NCBI GenBank assembly: GCA_965207075.1
Contig: CBDBLO010000002.1
Coordinates: forward strand, 2,080,001-2,144,000
Reading direction: 5' to 3'
Source: Nitrosopumilus sp.
GTDB lineage: Archaea > Thermoproteota > Nitrososphaeria > Nitrososphaerales > Nitrosopumilaceae
Length of the DNA stretch: 64,000 nucleotides
Shown: positions 8,995 through 19,135 of the stretch, piece after piece
How the letters are laid out: each line of letters starts with the position of its first letter
Position numbering within the stretch: the stretch's first letter is position 1
Program-made: the position numbers and the translations under genes
The notes under the pieces: model-generated
Database searches by the model: none
What the model was told of the DNA's origin: nothing
The model's input: the letters and a program-made list of their open reading frames with translations, nothing else

Positions 8995-10527
8995 GTGACT
9001 GACAGGATCACCGTGCTTGACTTTGGCTCCCAGTACAGCCACCTCATATGCAGGAGGATCAGGGACCTCTCGGTGTACGCGGAGCTCGTCCCGTACGACA
9101 TTACGGCAGAGGAGCTGGCCCGGCACGACCCAAAGGGGATAATACTGTCGGGGGGGCCCGCAAGCGTCAGCGACACTGACGCGCCTATCCCGGAGGACGC
9201 CGTCTTCGAGTCCGGGCTGCCGATACTCGGCATATGCTACGGGCACCAGCTTATAGTGCACAGGTACGGCGGCCGCGTAAAGCGCGCGAACCGCGAGTAC
9301 GGCTCCTCCACCCTCACAGTCGACGGCGGCGGCTCGGACCTGCTGGGCGGCATTGGCGGCTCGGTCAGGGCCTGGATGAGCCACGGGGACGAGGCGGAGC
9401 AGGTCCCGCGGAACTTTGAGGTCATAGGCCACACGGAAAACTCCAAGGCCGCCGCGATCGCCTCAAGGGACGGGCCGCCCGTATACGGGATACAGTTCCA
9501 CCCGGAGGTGGCGCACACGGAGCAGGGCTCGCGGATACTGGAGAACTTTGTCCTCAACGTATGCAAGGCAGGCCGGGACTGGACGATGTCAAGGTTCGTG
9601 GAGGAGGCAGTCGGCAGGATATCAGACATCGAGGGGAACGTGCTGTGCGGCGTCAGCGGGGGCGTGGACTCGACCGTAGCTGCCGTCCTCATACACAGGG
9701 CCATAGGAAACAGGCTAAAGTGCGTCTTTGTGGACAACGGGCTCCTGCGGGAGGGCGAGTCGCGGGAGATTACGGGCATATTCCGGGACAACTTTGGCAT
9801 GAACTTTGAGGCCGTGGACGCGGCGCAAAAATTCCTCGGCAAGCTCAGGGGGGTGGCAGACCCGGAGGCAAAGCGCAAGATAGTGGGCGAGGAGTTTGTA
9901 AGGGTGTTCAGCGACTTTGCAAGGAGCCGCGGCCCGTTCAGGTGGCTTGCCCAGGGGACGCTGTACCCGGACGTGATTGAGAGCGGCGTCTCAAAGGGCC
10001 CCGCCTCGGTCATAAAGTCCCACCACAACGTCGGGGGCCTGCCCGAGTGGCTGGACCTGGAGGTCCTGGAGCCGCTCCGCGACCTGTACAAGGACGAGGT
10101 CAGGGAGGTGGCTCGCATACTCGGGGTGCCCCGGAGCATCTACATGCGGCACCCGTTTCCGGGGCCCGGGCTGGCGGTCCGCATAATGGGCGAGGTGACG
10201 CCAGAAAAGCTTGAGATTGCGCGCGTGGCAGGCAAGATAGTGGAGGACGAGCTGGAGCAGGCGGGGCTCTACTCGGAGGTCTGGCAGGCGTACGCGGCAG
10301 TCGGGGACGACAGGGCAGTCGGCGTGGTGGGCGACGGGCGGGTGTACGGCAACATCGTGATGATAAGGGTGGTGAGCTCCACTGACGCGATGACGGCGGA
10401 CTGGACCAGGCTGCCGCACGACCTGCTGGAGAGGATGAGCAACCGCATAACAAACGAGATAGACAACGTGACCTGGGTCTCGTACGCGGTATCAAGCAAG
10501 CCGCCGGCGACCATAGAGCCGCAGTGA
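8995..10527 (+). CDS. guaA: GMP synthase (glutamine-hydrolysing)
   Basis: LDFGSQY, GICYGHQ, QFHPEV, SGGVDS, IKSHHNVGG, KPPATIE. Confidence 0.97.
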   Translation: MTDRITVLDFGSQYSHLICRRIRDLSVYAELVPYDITAEELARHDPKGIILSGGPASVSDTDAPIPEDAVFESGLPILGICYGHQLIVHRYGGRVKRANREYGSSTLTVDGGGSDLLGGIGGSVRAWMSHGDEAEQVPRNFEVIGHTENSKAAAIASRDGPPVYGIQFHPEVAHTEQGSRILENFVLNVCKAGRDWTMSRFVEEAVGRISDIEGNVLCGVSGGVDSTVAAVLIHRAIGNRLKCVFVDNGLLREGESREITGIFRDNFGMNFEAVDAAQKFLGKLRGVADPEAKRKIVGEEFVRVFSDFARSRGPFRWLAQGTLYPDVIESGVSKGPASVIKSHHNVGGLPEWLDLEVLEPLRDLYKDEVREVARILGVPRSIYMRHPFPGPGLAVRIMGEVTPEKLEIARVAGKIVEDELEQAGLYSEVWQAYAAVGDDRAVGVVGDGRVYGNIVMIRVVSSTDAMTADWTRLPHDLLERMSNRITNEIDNVTWVSYAVSSKPPATIEPQ

Positions 10528-10552
10528 CGGCCGGGCGTCCAAAGGGCGGCGG

Positions 10553-11242
10553 CTACCACACCACGTGCACCAGATCCGACAGGTTGCGCCTGGGCTTGGG
10601 GTACTTTGCCTGCCTCGGATACCCGACGCACAGCACCGAGGACGGGACCAGGTCGGTGCCCAGGGCGTCCATCACCTTCTGCTCGTCAAGCATGCCTATC
10701 CATATGGAGCTGAGTCCCAGGGCCTGGGCCGCGAGCTGCGAGTAACCCGCGGCCAGCGTGGCGTCCTGTATTGCAAACTTTCTGAGTATGTAGTCCGGAA
10801 AGTCGAACTTTACCCGCGCGGGGTTCTTGCAGAACACCAAAACGAGCGGGGCGTCCACGTACGGCTGGTTGTTGCACGCGGCCACCAATTTCCGCTTTGT
10901 GTCCGGCCCGCGCACCAGGAATATCTCGAACCCCTGGTAGTTTCCCGCAGTCGGGGCCGTGTCGGCGGCAGCTATTATCCTGTCGACCTTCTCGGGCTCG
11001 ACTGGACGGTCTGCAAACTTTCGCGTGGAGCGGCGCGCGGCCATCACCGCAAACAGGTCCGTGTCGACCGGGACGGCGCCCCCCGGCGACGGCCTTTGCT
11101 GCAGTATGGAGTTGAGCAGCTGGTTTCTGACCGCGGGATCGGGCCTCGCCGCGTCGCCCGCATCCGCCGGTACCCGCGGCTTGTACCCGGCCGGGTATAT
11201 CATGCCCCTCTTCTCGTTCTCCTCCTCAAACGTGTCTGCCAT
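10553..11242 (-). CDS. Nitroreductase family protein
   Basis: RRSTRKF, APTAGNYQ, ALGLSSIWIG, LCVGYP, KPRR. Confidence 0.88.
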   Translation of the reverse strand: MADTFEEENEKRGMIYPAGYKPRVPADAGDAARPDPAVRNQLLNSILQQRPSPGGAVPVDTDLFAVMAARRSTRKFADRPVEPEKVDRIIAAADTAPTAGNYQGFEIFLVRGPDTKRKLVAACNNQPYVDAPLVLVFCKNPARVKFDFPDYILRKFAIQDATLAAGYSQLAAQALGLSSIWIGMLDEQKVMDALGTDLVPSSVLCVGYPRQAKYPKPRRNLSDLVHVVW

Positions 11243-11295
11243 ACGTGGGAGCGGGGCCCTTGACTATTAAGCGTGAGCGGCCGCCGCGCGGGCAA

Positions 11296-11868
11296 CTATA
11301 CGCCGGCCCAGCGCGTGCAGTCAAAGCCCTCCTCCATACGGGGCATCTCAAGCATCCCGCACTGCCTACGCAGTATGTGGTCGGGGACCCTGTCACTGCC
11401 CGTGCGCGCGCGGTTGCGCTCCAGCGCCAAGGCAACGTCCGTAAAGTATACGGCCGTGACCGTGGCCCCGTACTGCCGCGCCATCAGTATGTAGGGCCAG
11501 CGTATCGTACTTGTGAGGTTCGTGTCGTCTATCACGACGTCCCTGCCTGCCCCGAGCGCGTCGGCCATCTGCATATATTCCCGCTTCCGGTTGCGGCTGC
11601 CCTGCTCCCTGCTGAGGGAGCCGCGGTATTCTCTACCGGCCGGATTGGGGGGCATTCCGTACGGTTGCTGTCCGAGGTTCAGCGGTTCCTCCTGCTGGTA
11701 CCTCTCCAGCAATGTGGTCCTGTCGCCGCGCTTGAGCGTTTTGTTGTTGATGTCAAGCGATATGTGCGCGTGGCCGGACAGCTCCTTCCTGACATAGGTG
11801 GTCTTGCCGCTGCCCGGCACGCCGACCATTATCACCACCTCTTGCCGCTTCATGGGGGGCGCTGCCAC
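11296..11868 (-). CDS. AAA_33 / polynucleotide-kinase-like P-loop kinase
   Basis: MVGVPGSGKTT, VVIDDTNL, ALERNRAR, VPDHILRR. Confidence 0.8.
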   Translation of the reverse strand: MAAPPMKRQEVVIMVGVPGSGKTTYVRKELSGHAHISLDINNKTLKRGDRTTLLERYQQEEPLNLGQQPYGMPPNPAGREYRGSLSREQGSRNRKREYMQMADALGAGRDVVIDDTNLTSTIRWPYILMARQYGATVTAVYFTDVALALERNRARTGSDRVPDHILRRQCGMLEMPRMEEGFDCTRWAGV

Positions 11869-11959
11869 CGGCAGGAGATATTGCTTGTGGCCGCACCGTT
11901 GTTTGGTTGTGCGGTGGTGCCGGTGGTGCCGGTGGTGCCGGTGGTGCCAGCGTCACACG

Positions 11960-12880
11960 TCATATCAGACAGGCGCCTATCACGCCTGCCGAGTCGCCCA
12001 GCCTGTTCCTCAGTATCGGCACGTCCGACGCCAGGCTGGAAAACACGTTTCTCCGGACGGACTCTGCGCCCGCGCCATACCAGACGTCCATGTTTGAGAG
12101 GCCCCCTCCCATGACTATGGCGTCCGGGTCCAGTATGTCGACCACGTTTGCAAGGGCCAGGCCAAAGTTTTCGATTGCCTCTTCAAGCCACGCGCGCGCA
12201 CCCTCCAGGCCGCGCGCGTCACCTGCCAGGCCGCCGTCCTGCGTGACGTACCGGGCTATCTGCGGCATGCCCGCCGCGCGCCCCGTCATCTGGGCCCACC
12301 CGGACTCTAGCGCGGGCCCGCTCAGGTACGTCTCGACGCACCCGCTCCTGCCGCAGTAGCACCGGTTGCCCCCCGCATGAAGCGTGTGGTGCCCCCACTC
12401 CCCGGCAATGCCGCTTGCGCCGCGGTGTATCCTCCTGCCGATCACTATCCCGCCGCCGACGCCGGTCCCCATTATCACGCCAAACACCACGTCGTGCCCG
12501 GAGCCGGCGCCCATCACCGACTCGGCCAGCGCAAAGCAGTTGGCGTCGTTCTCTACGGCAATATCGTCGCGGCGCAGCGCCTCCCGTATGTCACGGCGCA
12601 GCGGCCTGTCCCTGAGGGACGGCGTGTTGCTGTTCGCGATGAGTTTGTCGGGGCCGTACTCGGTGCCGGGCGTGCAGACGCCTATGTGATCCACGGAGCC
12701 GAGGCCGCCGGGCAGCCCGTCGGCCGCGCGCTCGACCAGAGACGTAATGGCGCCCACGATCCCGGCATAGTCGCCCGGGGTCGGCACCCTCTCCCTCCTC
12801 GCTATGCGGGATTGCCCGTCAAGCAGCACCGCCTCGGTCTTCGTGCCGCCCAGATCCACGCCTATCCTGTACCGGTCCAT
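11960..12880 (-). CDS. ROK-family sugar kinase (fructokinase-like)
   Basis: GVDLGGTK, ENDANCFALAE, MGTGVGGG, GEWGH, CYCGRSGCVETY, LGDSAGVIGA. Confidence 0.9.
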   Translation of the reverse strand: MDRYRIGVDLGGTKTEAVLLDGQSRIARRERVPTPGDYAGIVGAITSLVERAADGLPGGLGSVDHIGVCTPGTEYGPDKLIANSNTPSLRDRPLRRDIREALRRDDIAVENDANCFALAESVMGAGSGHDVVFGVIMGTGVGGGIVIGRRIHRGASGIAGEWGHHTLHAGGNRCYCGRSGCVETYLSGPALESGWAQMTGRAAGMPQIARYVTQDGGLAGDARGLEGARAWLEEAIENFGLALANVVDILDPDAIVMGGGLSNMDVWYGAGAESVRRNVFSSLASDVPILRNRLGDSAGVIGACLI

Positions 12881-13036
12881 CTGATGCCGTATGCAGGACG
12901 CGTGTTATGATTTTTCCCATATGCAGTATGCGCGCACATGCAGGGGCCGGCGATACGGACATCCCGTTTGGAAGAATGACTCTGTCCTGGTGCAGGTTGC
13001 GTTCAGGCGACAAGACTAGGAAGCCGCGCACTGAAT

Positions 13037-14668
13037 CTACATCGGGGGCGGTCCGCCGCCGGCGCCGCCGCCCGGAGGCCCGGACACGGCGATAACGTCG
13101 TCGATTCTCAGGATCATACACGCCGCCTCAGTCGCGGACTTTATTATCTGCTCCTTTACTGCCACGGGCTCCACGATGCTCTTCTTTAGCATGTCGGCGA
13201 TCTCCGTGTTGCGCGCGTCGATCCCGGTCCACTTGTTGCCCTGGCCCTGGCGCGCCCTGAGGGTGGCCATGGTGTCTATCGGGTCCATCCCCGCGTTCTC
13301 GGCGATCGTAAGCGGTATCGACTCCAAAGCCTCTGCGAACTTTTTGACTGCAAGCTGCTCCCTCCCGTCAAAGCTGTCGGCCCACGTCTTCAGCTGGGCC
13401 GCCGCGTACGCCTCGGGCGCCCCGCCGCCTGCCACTATGGCGGGCTTTTCAATCACGTCCTTTGTCACCATCAAGGCGTCATGTATGGAGCGGTCCACCT
13501 CGTCTACGACCCTCTGCGAGCCGCCGCGTATCAGCAGGGACACGGAGCGCGCGTCCTTGCATCCCTCTATGAAGACCCACTTGTCCGACTCGACCTTTTT
13601 CTGCTGCACCACGTCGGCCGCGCCCAGGTCATCTGGGGACAGGTCGTCGATGTTGCTTATGACCCGCCCGCCTGATGCCTTTGCAAGCTTTGTCATGTCG
13701 CTCTCCTTTACGCGCCGGACCGCCATCATGCCGTGCTTTGCCAGATAGTGCTGGGCGATATCGTCAATGCCCTTTTGGCAGATCACCACGCTGGCGCCCG
13801 CCTGCCTTATCTTCTCAATCATCTCCTTTAGCATGCGGTTCTCCTCCTCCAAGAACATCTGCATCTGGGCAGGATCGGTTATCCTGATCTCCGAGCTCAT
13901 CTCGGTCTTTTCAATCTCGAGCGCCGTGTCCACCAGGGCTATCTTTGCGCCCTCGACCTTTGAGGGCATTCCGCTGTGGACGATCTCCTTGTCAAGTATG
14001 ATCCCCTTTACAATCTGGGTGTCGTGTATGGAGCCGCCGGCCTTTTTCTCCACCTTTATGTTGTCCAGGTCGACTGTAGTGCTGCCGTCCTTTGTCTTTG
14101 TGGCCACGCTCAGCACGGCGTCGACCACCACGCCGGCAAGCTCCTCGCTGTCCTCGGATATCAGCTTGGACTCCATGCTTGTCTTTGCAACCTTTAGCAG
14201 CTCTGCCCTGTCGCCGGGGCTGATCTTCTCGGACACCTGGCCGTATACCTCCAACGTCTTCTCGGCGGCCTCCTGGAAGCCCTCCACGATGGTCGAGGAG
14301 TGGACGTCCTTTTTGAGCAGATCCTCGGCGGCGGCCAAAAGCGCGCCCGCGAACACCACGGAGGACGTGGTGCCGTCTCCCACCTCGTTGTCCACGGTCT
14401 TTGATATCTCCACTATCATCTTGGCGGCCGGATGCTGCACGTCTATCTCCTTTAGTATCGTGGCGCCGTCGTTTGTGATCGTGACGTCCCCGAGCGAGTC
14501 GACCAGCATCTTGTCCAGGCCCCTGGGGCCCAGGCTGCTCTTTACCAGGTCCGCGACCAGCTTTGCCGCCGTAATGTTGTTCTGCTGGGCGTCGCGGCCC
14601 TTTTGCTGCAGGGCGCTCTCCTTTAGTACGAGTACCGGTCCGTTCGGGCCCTGCTGTATAGATGCCAT
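13037..14668 (-). CDS. ths: Thermosome (group II chaperonin) subunit
   Basis: SSLGPRGLDKML, ITNDGATIL, GDGTTS, GGGAPE, ILRIDDVI. Start MASIQQG. Confidence 0.97.
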   Translation of the reverse strand: MASIQQGPNGPVLVLKESALQQKGRDAQQNNITAAKLVADLVKSSLGPRGLDKMLVDSLGDVTITNDGATILKEIDVQHPAAKMIVEISKTVDNEVGDGTTSSVVFAGALLAAAEDLLKKDVHSSTIVEGFQEAAEKTLEVYGQVSEKISPGDRAELLKVAKTSMESKLISEDSEELAGVVVDAVLSVATKTKDGSTTVDLDNIKVEKKAGGSIHDTQIVKGIILDKEIVHSGMPSKVEGAKIALVDTALEIEKTEMSSEIRITDPAQMQMFLEEENRMLKEMIEKIRQAGASVVICQKGIDDIAQHYLAKHGMMAVRRVKESDMTKLAKASGGRVISNIDDLSPDDLGAADVVQQKKVESDKWVFIEGCKDARSVSLLIRGGSQRVVDEVDRSIHDALMVTKDVIEKPAIVAGGGAPEAYAAAQLKTWADSFDGREQLAVKKFAEALESIPLTIAENAGMDPIDTMATLRARQGQGNKWTGIDARNTEIADMLKKSIVEPVAVKEQIIKSATEAACMILRIDDVIAVSGPPGGGAGGGPPPM

Positions 14669-14743
14669 GCTTCGGATCCGGATGCAAGAAGTCCCCTTTT
14701 TTAATATTACTTGGTGGAGTCCCCCCTTGGAATGCACGCCACG

Positions 14744-16603
14744 CTACGCGTCGCCATAGCGAAGGGGATCGACGCGCCTGCCTTCGGTGACGTGCACCAT
14801 GCCGCCTGCTGTCATCCTGACCAAGGGCAGCGCCAGAAACGGCAGGAAGAGGGGCACCAGCACGGGCCTCTCAAACCGGCACCCAGCGTCGGACATCGCG
14901 CCGTTTACCTGCTCAAACTGCTCTAGCACGGTATCAAAGGGGGCGGTGGATACTATCCCCGCAAACTGCAGGGGCATGGACGCGACAATCCTGCCGTTGC
15001 GCGATACTGCCACCCCGCCGTTGTTTCTAGTCAGGTGGTTCGCGGCTGCCGCCATCTCCGCGTCGTTTGATCCTATGACGATCATGTCGTTCTCATGAAA
15101 GCTCCAGGTGCTTGCAAACGCCCCGACGTCCCCGCCGAGCCCCTCTAGGAACCCCACGGAGCGCCTGCCCCTGGTGCCTCCTCCTCCTCTTCCGCCGCCG
15201 CCGCGTACGCGGTCAAAGGCGGCCACCTTCCACACATCGGCCGCGTCCGGGTGCGGCACGACCCGCCCGTCGCCGTCACATGCAACCGGGGCCGTGCCCA
15301 ACCCCGTTATGATCTCAGTCTTCAGCACGATGGTGTTGGCCGACGTGGCGCGGCCCCTCCCCGCGCGCACCGCAAAGTCCGACGCCGAGAGCCTGGGGGT
15401 CCTCACGGTGCGCCGTATCCATGCCGGCGTCCTCCTTGCGGGGACGTCCACAACGAGGCGGCCCTTTGAGACCACCGTCCTGCCGCCGACCATCACGGTC
15501 TCCGGCCGGAACGACGAGTGGTCGCCCTTTCTCATCACGAGTATGTCCGCAAGCCTGCCCGGGGCGATGCCGCCAAGGTCGCGGCCCATCATATAGTAGT
15601 CAAACACGTTTCTTGTCGCCATTGTAACGGCGTCGACCGGGCGTATGCCGAGCCGGACTGCCTCCCTGACGCAGTGGTCTATGTGCCCGAACTCCCTGAT
15701 TGCGGCCGGATCAAGCCCGTCGGAGCAGAACATCAGCCTCTCAAGGTAGGGCCCGTGAGATATGACCTCCCTGACGATCCCCTCAAGGTCGCGGCGTATG
15801 GAGCCCTCGCGTATCATGACCCACATCCCGAGCCGCAGCCGCTCTATTGCCTGCTCAAAGTTTATCGGCTCGTGGCACGATATTATGCCCGACGCGACGT
15901 ACGCGGCCAGCTTTTTTCCGGAGGCGCCCGCCGTGTGCCCGTTTATGATGCAGTGCTGCCGCGTCATGTCCGATATGGAGCGCATGGTCCGGGGGTCCCG
16001 CTCGGTCACCTTTGTCCACGAGAACACCTCGCCCATTCCAAGCACGTCCGGGTTGCGGCGCACGGCCGCCCCCTGCCTTGCATGCATGGCGCCACTGCCG
16101 CGCCTGCTGAACCTGGGATCGACTGGCAGGCCGCCCGGCACGGTCTGGAATATGCGGATTGGCAGGCCGCGCCCCGCGCGCAGGAACTCCTCAAAGCCCC
16201 CGTGCCCGGCCACGCTTACCACGTCTATGGGATCCGAGAACAGCGAGGTGACGCCGCACAGCAGCGCCTCCTTGGCGAACTCCGCGGGCATTACGAACTG
16301 GTCGATGTGGATGTGCGGGTCCGCGTACCCGGGCGCGACGCGCCTGCCGCCCAGATCGACGGTGGCGGTGCGGGGGCCCCGGGTGTGGGACGCGTCGTGT
16401 CCCACGTACGAGATGCGGTCGCCGTATACGGAGATCTGCATGTCGTGCAGGATCTCGCCGGTGTACACAGAGTATATGGAGCAGTTTTCAAGTATGGTGT
16501 CGGCCGGCTCGTCCCCCATGGCGGCCGCTATGACAAGGCCGGTGGCGTCTGCCGGGTCGCGCGGCGCGCGGGGGGACGGCGATGCAGTGGCGGCGGTGGC
16601 CAT
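14744..16603 (-). CDS. ade: Adenine deaminase
   Basis: PGYADPHIHID, INGHTAG, SCHE, REGS, FCSDG, IAPGRLADI. Confidence 0.88.
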   Translation of the reverse strand: MATAATASPSPRAPRDPADATGLVIAAAMGDEPADTILENCSIYSVYTGEILHDMQISVYGDRISYVGHDASHTRGPRTATVDLGGRRVAPGYADPHIHIDQFVMPAEFAKEALLCGVTSLFSDPIDVVSVAGHGGFEEFLRAGRGLPIRIFQTVPGGLPVDPRFSRRGSGAMHARQGAAVRRNPDVLGMGEVFSWTKVTERDPRTMRSISDMTRQHCIINGHTAGASGKKLAAYVASGIISCHEPINFEQAIERLRLGMWVMIREGSIRRDLEGIVREVISHGPYLERLMFCSDGLDPAAIREFGHIDHCVREAVRLGIRPVDAVTMATRNVFDYYMMGRDLGGIAPGRLADILVMRKGDHSSFRPETVMVGGRTVVSKGRLVVDVPARRTPAWIRRTVRTPRLSASDFAVRAGRGRATSANTIVLKTEIITGLGTAPVACDGDGRVVPHPDAADVWKVAAFDRVRGGGGRGGGGTRGRRSVGFLEGLGGDVGAFASTWSFHENDMIVIGSNDAEMAAAANHLTRNNGGVAVSRNGRIVASMPLQFAGIVSTAPFDTVLEQFEQVNGAMSDAGCRFERPVLVPLFLPFLALPLVRMTAGGMVHVTEGRRVDPLRYGDA

Positions 16604-16724
16604 GCGTCACATGCGCGCCGCATCTATTTATTTTCAATACGCGTGGCGCCGTCGCGTCGCAGCAGCAGCCCCCGCCGCGCACGACGATCCAATGCTTAAA
16701 TTACGGGCGAGGAGGCGCACCTGC

Positions 16725-17006
16725 ATGAACATCCCCAAGGTGATTCGCAAGTACTGCGCCAAGTGCAAGACGCACACGGAGCAAAAGGTCTCCATATACA
16801 AGGCGGGCAAGAGGCGCGGTTCGGCAAGGGGCGAGCGCAGGCACGCCGAGCGGAAGCGGGGGTACGGGGGCCAGAAGTTCCCCAAGCTGGCAAAGCCTGC
16901 CAAGGTGACAAAAAAGGTAACTCCCATACTGATGTGCACCACGTGCAAGAAGAAGTTCAACAAGCCGGGTATACGCATCAAGAAATTCGAGTTGGTGGCG
17001 GCATAA
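16725..17006 (+). CDS. rpl44e: 50S ribosomal protein L44e
   Basis: MNIPKVIRKYCAKCKTHT, GYGGQKFP, CTTC. Confidence 0.95.
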   Translation: MNIPKVIRKYCAKCKTHTEQKVSIYKAGKRRGSARGERRHAERKRGYGGQKFPKLAKPAKVTKKVTPILMCTTCKKKFNKPGIRIKKFELVAA

Positions 17007-17254
17007 TGAAGAAGGATCACGTGGACATACCGGCGCCCTCCAGCAGGTTTTACAAGGTTGAATGCACCGACTGCAACGAGCAGCAGGTGGTATACTCGCA
17101 CGCAACCACCCGCGTGTTCTGCAACCAGTGCGGCAACCCGCTTGCGTCGTCGTCAGGCTCAAAGGCGCGCATCGTGGGGGGGCACGTAAAGGGGGCAGTA
17201 GACCACATAGCCGAGATCCCGGCCGCGGCCGGGGCGGAGCCGGCATCCGAGTGA
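17006..17254 (+). CDS. rps27e: 30S ribosomal protein S27e
   Basis: PSSRFYKVECTDCNEQQVVYSHA, CNQCG. TAATG overlap with rpl44e. Confidence 0.95.
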   Translation: MKKDHVDIPAPSSRFYKVECTDCNEQQVVYSHATTRVFCNQCGNPLASSSGSKARIVGGHVKGAVDHIAEIPAAAGAEPASE

Positions 17255-17255
17255 G

Positions 17256-18104
17256 TCACGGCATCTCGATGCCCGACCGCCGCATGTGCTGCGCCAGACG
17301 ATCATAGTCCTGTATGGTGTTCAGCGTGAACGCGATGCGGTGGTCGTCCACTATGGCGTGCCGCTGCGGGACCGCACCATGCGCGCCCGGCTCCATGACG
17401 GCAGGGTCGACCAGCGAGACCCCGGTATAGCAGCACACGGTGCCGTCCACCACAACCTCGTACTCGAGGCTCATTCCCCACAGTCCGGCGTACTCCCTTG
17501 ACGTTACTATGCTGGTCCAGGCGCCGCGCGCATAGCGGGCGGATACGGATGCGACGACGCCGCGATCCAAGAGCGGCATGTCTCCGGATACCACGAGTAC
17601 GCCGTCGTGGATTCCGCGATGCCGGCGCTGCAGCATATGGCGCATGGCGTAGCCAAGATCCTCAGAGTATCCGGCCCCGGCAGAGTCCACTATGTGTATG
17701 GAGCCGTCGTCGGCGTCGTCGTCGTCATCATCATCATCATCATCAGCGTCGTCGTCATCGGTGTTATCATCATCAGCGTCGTCGTCGTCGTCGCCGCTGT
17801 TATGGTATTTATCCCACAACATCTTTCTTGTGAGGGGGGCGTTGTCCTGAGACACCACCGCGACTACGGTGTCTATCTGGTCGGAGCCCAGCAGCACGTC
17901 TATCACGTGCGAGACCACGGGCTTTGACGCCCCTGTATCGGACGCGGCGGGCGAGCTGACAGGCAGCAGCAGCTTTTCGTCCCATGTAGCGCGGTCGGCC
18001 GCATGCGGTGATGATTCCGGCGGAGGCTCATCGTTTTTGGCGGCGGCTGCAGCTGAGGCGGCCATCCGGCTGCCCCTGCCTCCGGCCATCACCACCCCAA
18101 TCAT
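17256..18104 (-). CDS. cobY: Adenosylcobinamide-phosphate guanylyltransferase (with poly-Asp insert)
   Basis: MAGGRGSRM, EKLLL, GYSEDL, VSGDMPLL, TLNTIQD. ATGA-coupled to cobS. Confidence 0.8.
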   Translation of the reverse strand: MIGVVMAGGRGSRMAASAAAAAKNDEPPPESSPHAADRATWDEKLLLPVSSPAASDTGASKPVVSHVIDVLLGSDQIDTVVAVVSQDNAPLTRKMLWDKYHNSGDDDDDADDDNTDDDDADDDDDDDDDDADDGSIHIVDSAGAGYSEDLGYAMRHMLQRRHRGIHDGVLVVSGDMPLLDRGVVASVSARYARGAWTSIVTSREYAGLWGMSLEYEVVVDGTVCCYTGVSLVDPAVMEPGAHGAVPQRHAIVDDHRIAFTLNTIQDYDRLAQHMRRSGIEMP

Positions 18105-18913
18105 AGCGACACGAACACCGCCAGCGAGGCTATCCTGACTATGTCGTTTGCGGCCCCAAACACGTCCCCCGTCACGCCGCCAAAGCTGCGCCCGGCAAGC
18201 CCCGCCATGGCCGCGGGCGCCAGCACGCACACGGCGAGCATGGCAAGCCCGGGCACCAGTCCGCCCAGTATGACAAGTATCGGGACTGTCATGGCCGCCG
18301 ACGCGGCCACCTTGCGCCCGTCCTTCATGGCCTCGGCAAAGATGGCGCCCGAGCCGCCGCCCGGGGCGGGGCGCCCCGCATACGCCATTACGACCATCGA
18401 GAACTTTGCGGCGACCTCTGCAAGCACGAGGCCAATCACTATACGCATGACGCCATCGTCGCCGCCGCCGCCGCCAAGCATCGATATCGTGATTATCAGG
18501 CCTGCCACGCACAGCACTATTGCGGCCGTCCCGGCCGTCCCGGTGGACTTGTCCTTCATTGCGTCCCGCCTGCGGCTGCGCGTCCCCCTTGCCATCAGCC
18601 CGTCTGCAAAGTCGGCCAGCCCGTCCGTGTGGTGCAGGCCCGTTATGACGAGTAGCGCGGCCGCGGTCACGAGCCCGGCGAGCAGCGGCTCCAGTCCGGC
18701 AACCGCAAGCAGTACCCATGCAAGCAGTCCCGCAAGCAGCCCGATTACGCAGCCCGCAATCGGGAACAGGTGCATGCTTCTCGCCGCGCCGTACAGGCCG
18801 GCGTGCGCGGAGTCCGCCCCGGCTGCGCGTACACTAGGGCGCACCGGGATTATGCTCAGAAACGCAAAGACGGATGCAAGCCCGCCCGCCGTGCTCGTAG
18901 CCGAGGCAGTCAT
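18101..18913 (-). CDS. cobS: Cobalamin synthase
   Basis: FLSIIP, TGLHHTDGLADFADG, MKDKSTG, FGGVTGDVFGA. Confidence 0.92.
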   Translation of the reverse strand: MTASATSTAGGLASVFAFLSIIPVRPSVRAAGADSAHAGLYGAARSMHLFPIAGCVIGLLAGLLAWVLLAVAGLEPLLAGLVTAAALLVITGLHHTDGLADFADGLMARGTRSRRRDAMKDKSTGTAGTAAIVLCVAGLIITISMLGGGGGDDGVMRIVIGLVLAEVAAKFSMVVMAYAGRPAPGGGSGAIFAEAMKDGRKVAASAAMTVPILVILGGLVPGLAMLAVCVLAPAAMAGLAGRSFGGVTGDVFGAANDIVRIASLAVFVSL

Positions 18914-19135
18914 TGCAGACCGTCACCGCGCCCCCGCATCATCCCGATGCCGCGACCGTCGAGGATGCCACGGCCGTCATTATCGTCGGTATCACCATAA
19001 TCTACGTAACCACCGTATATGTAACCATCATGTATGTAGCCATAGTCCATGTAACCGCCGCCGCCGCCGCCGCCGCCGTGGTCACCGCGGCCCTCCGCCA
19101 CATGCCCCAACAGACCCTTCACAGCCATGCCCGCA

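Noticed and set aside
17256-18719. 487-aa CobY and similar long N-terminal extensions (6870, 15762, 26849, 38885, 40093, 41891)
   Set aside because: The extensions overlap neighbouring genes and reflect stop-codon scarcity in GC-rich DNA.
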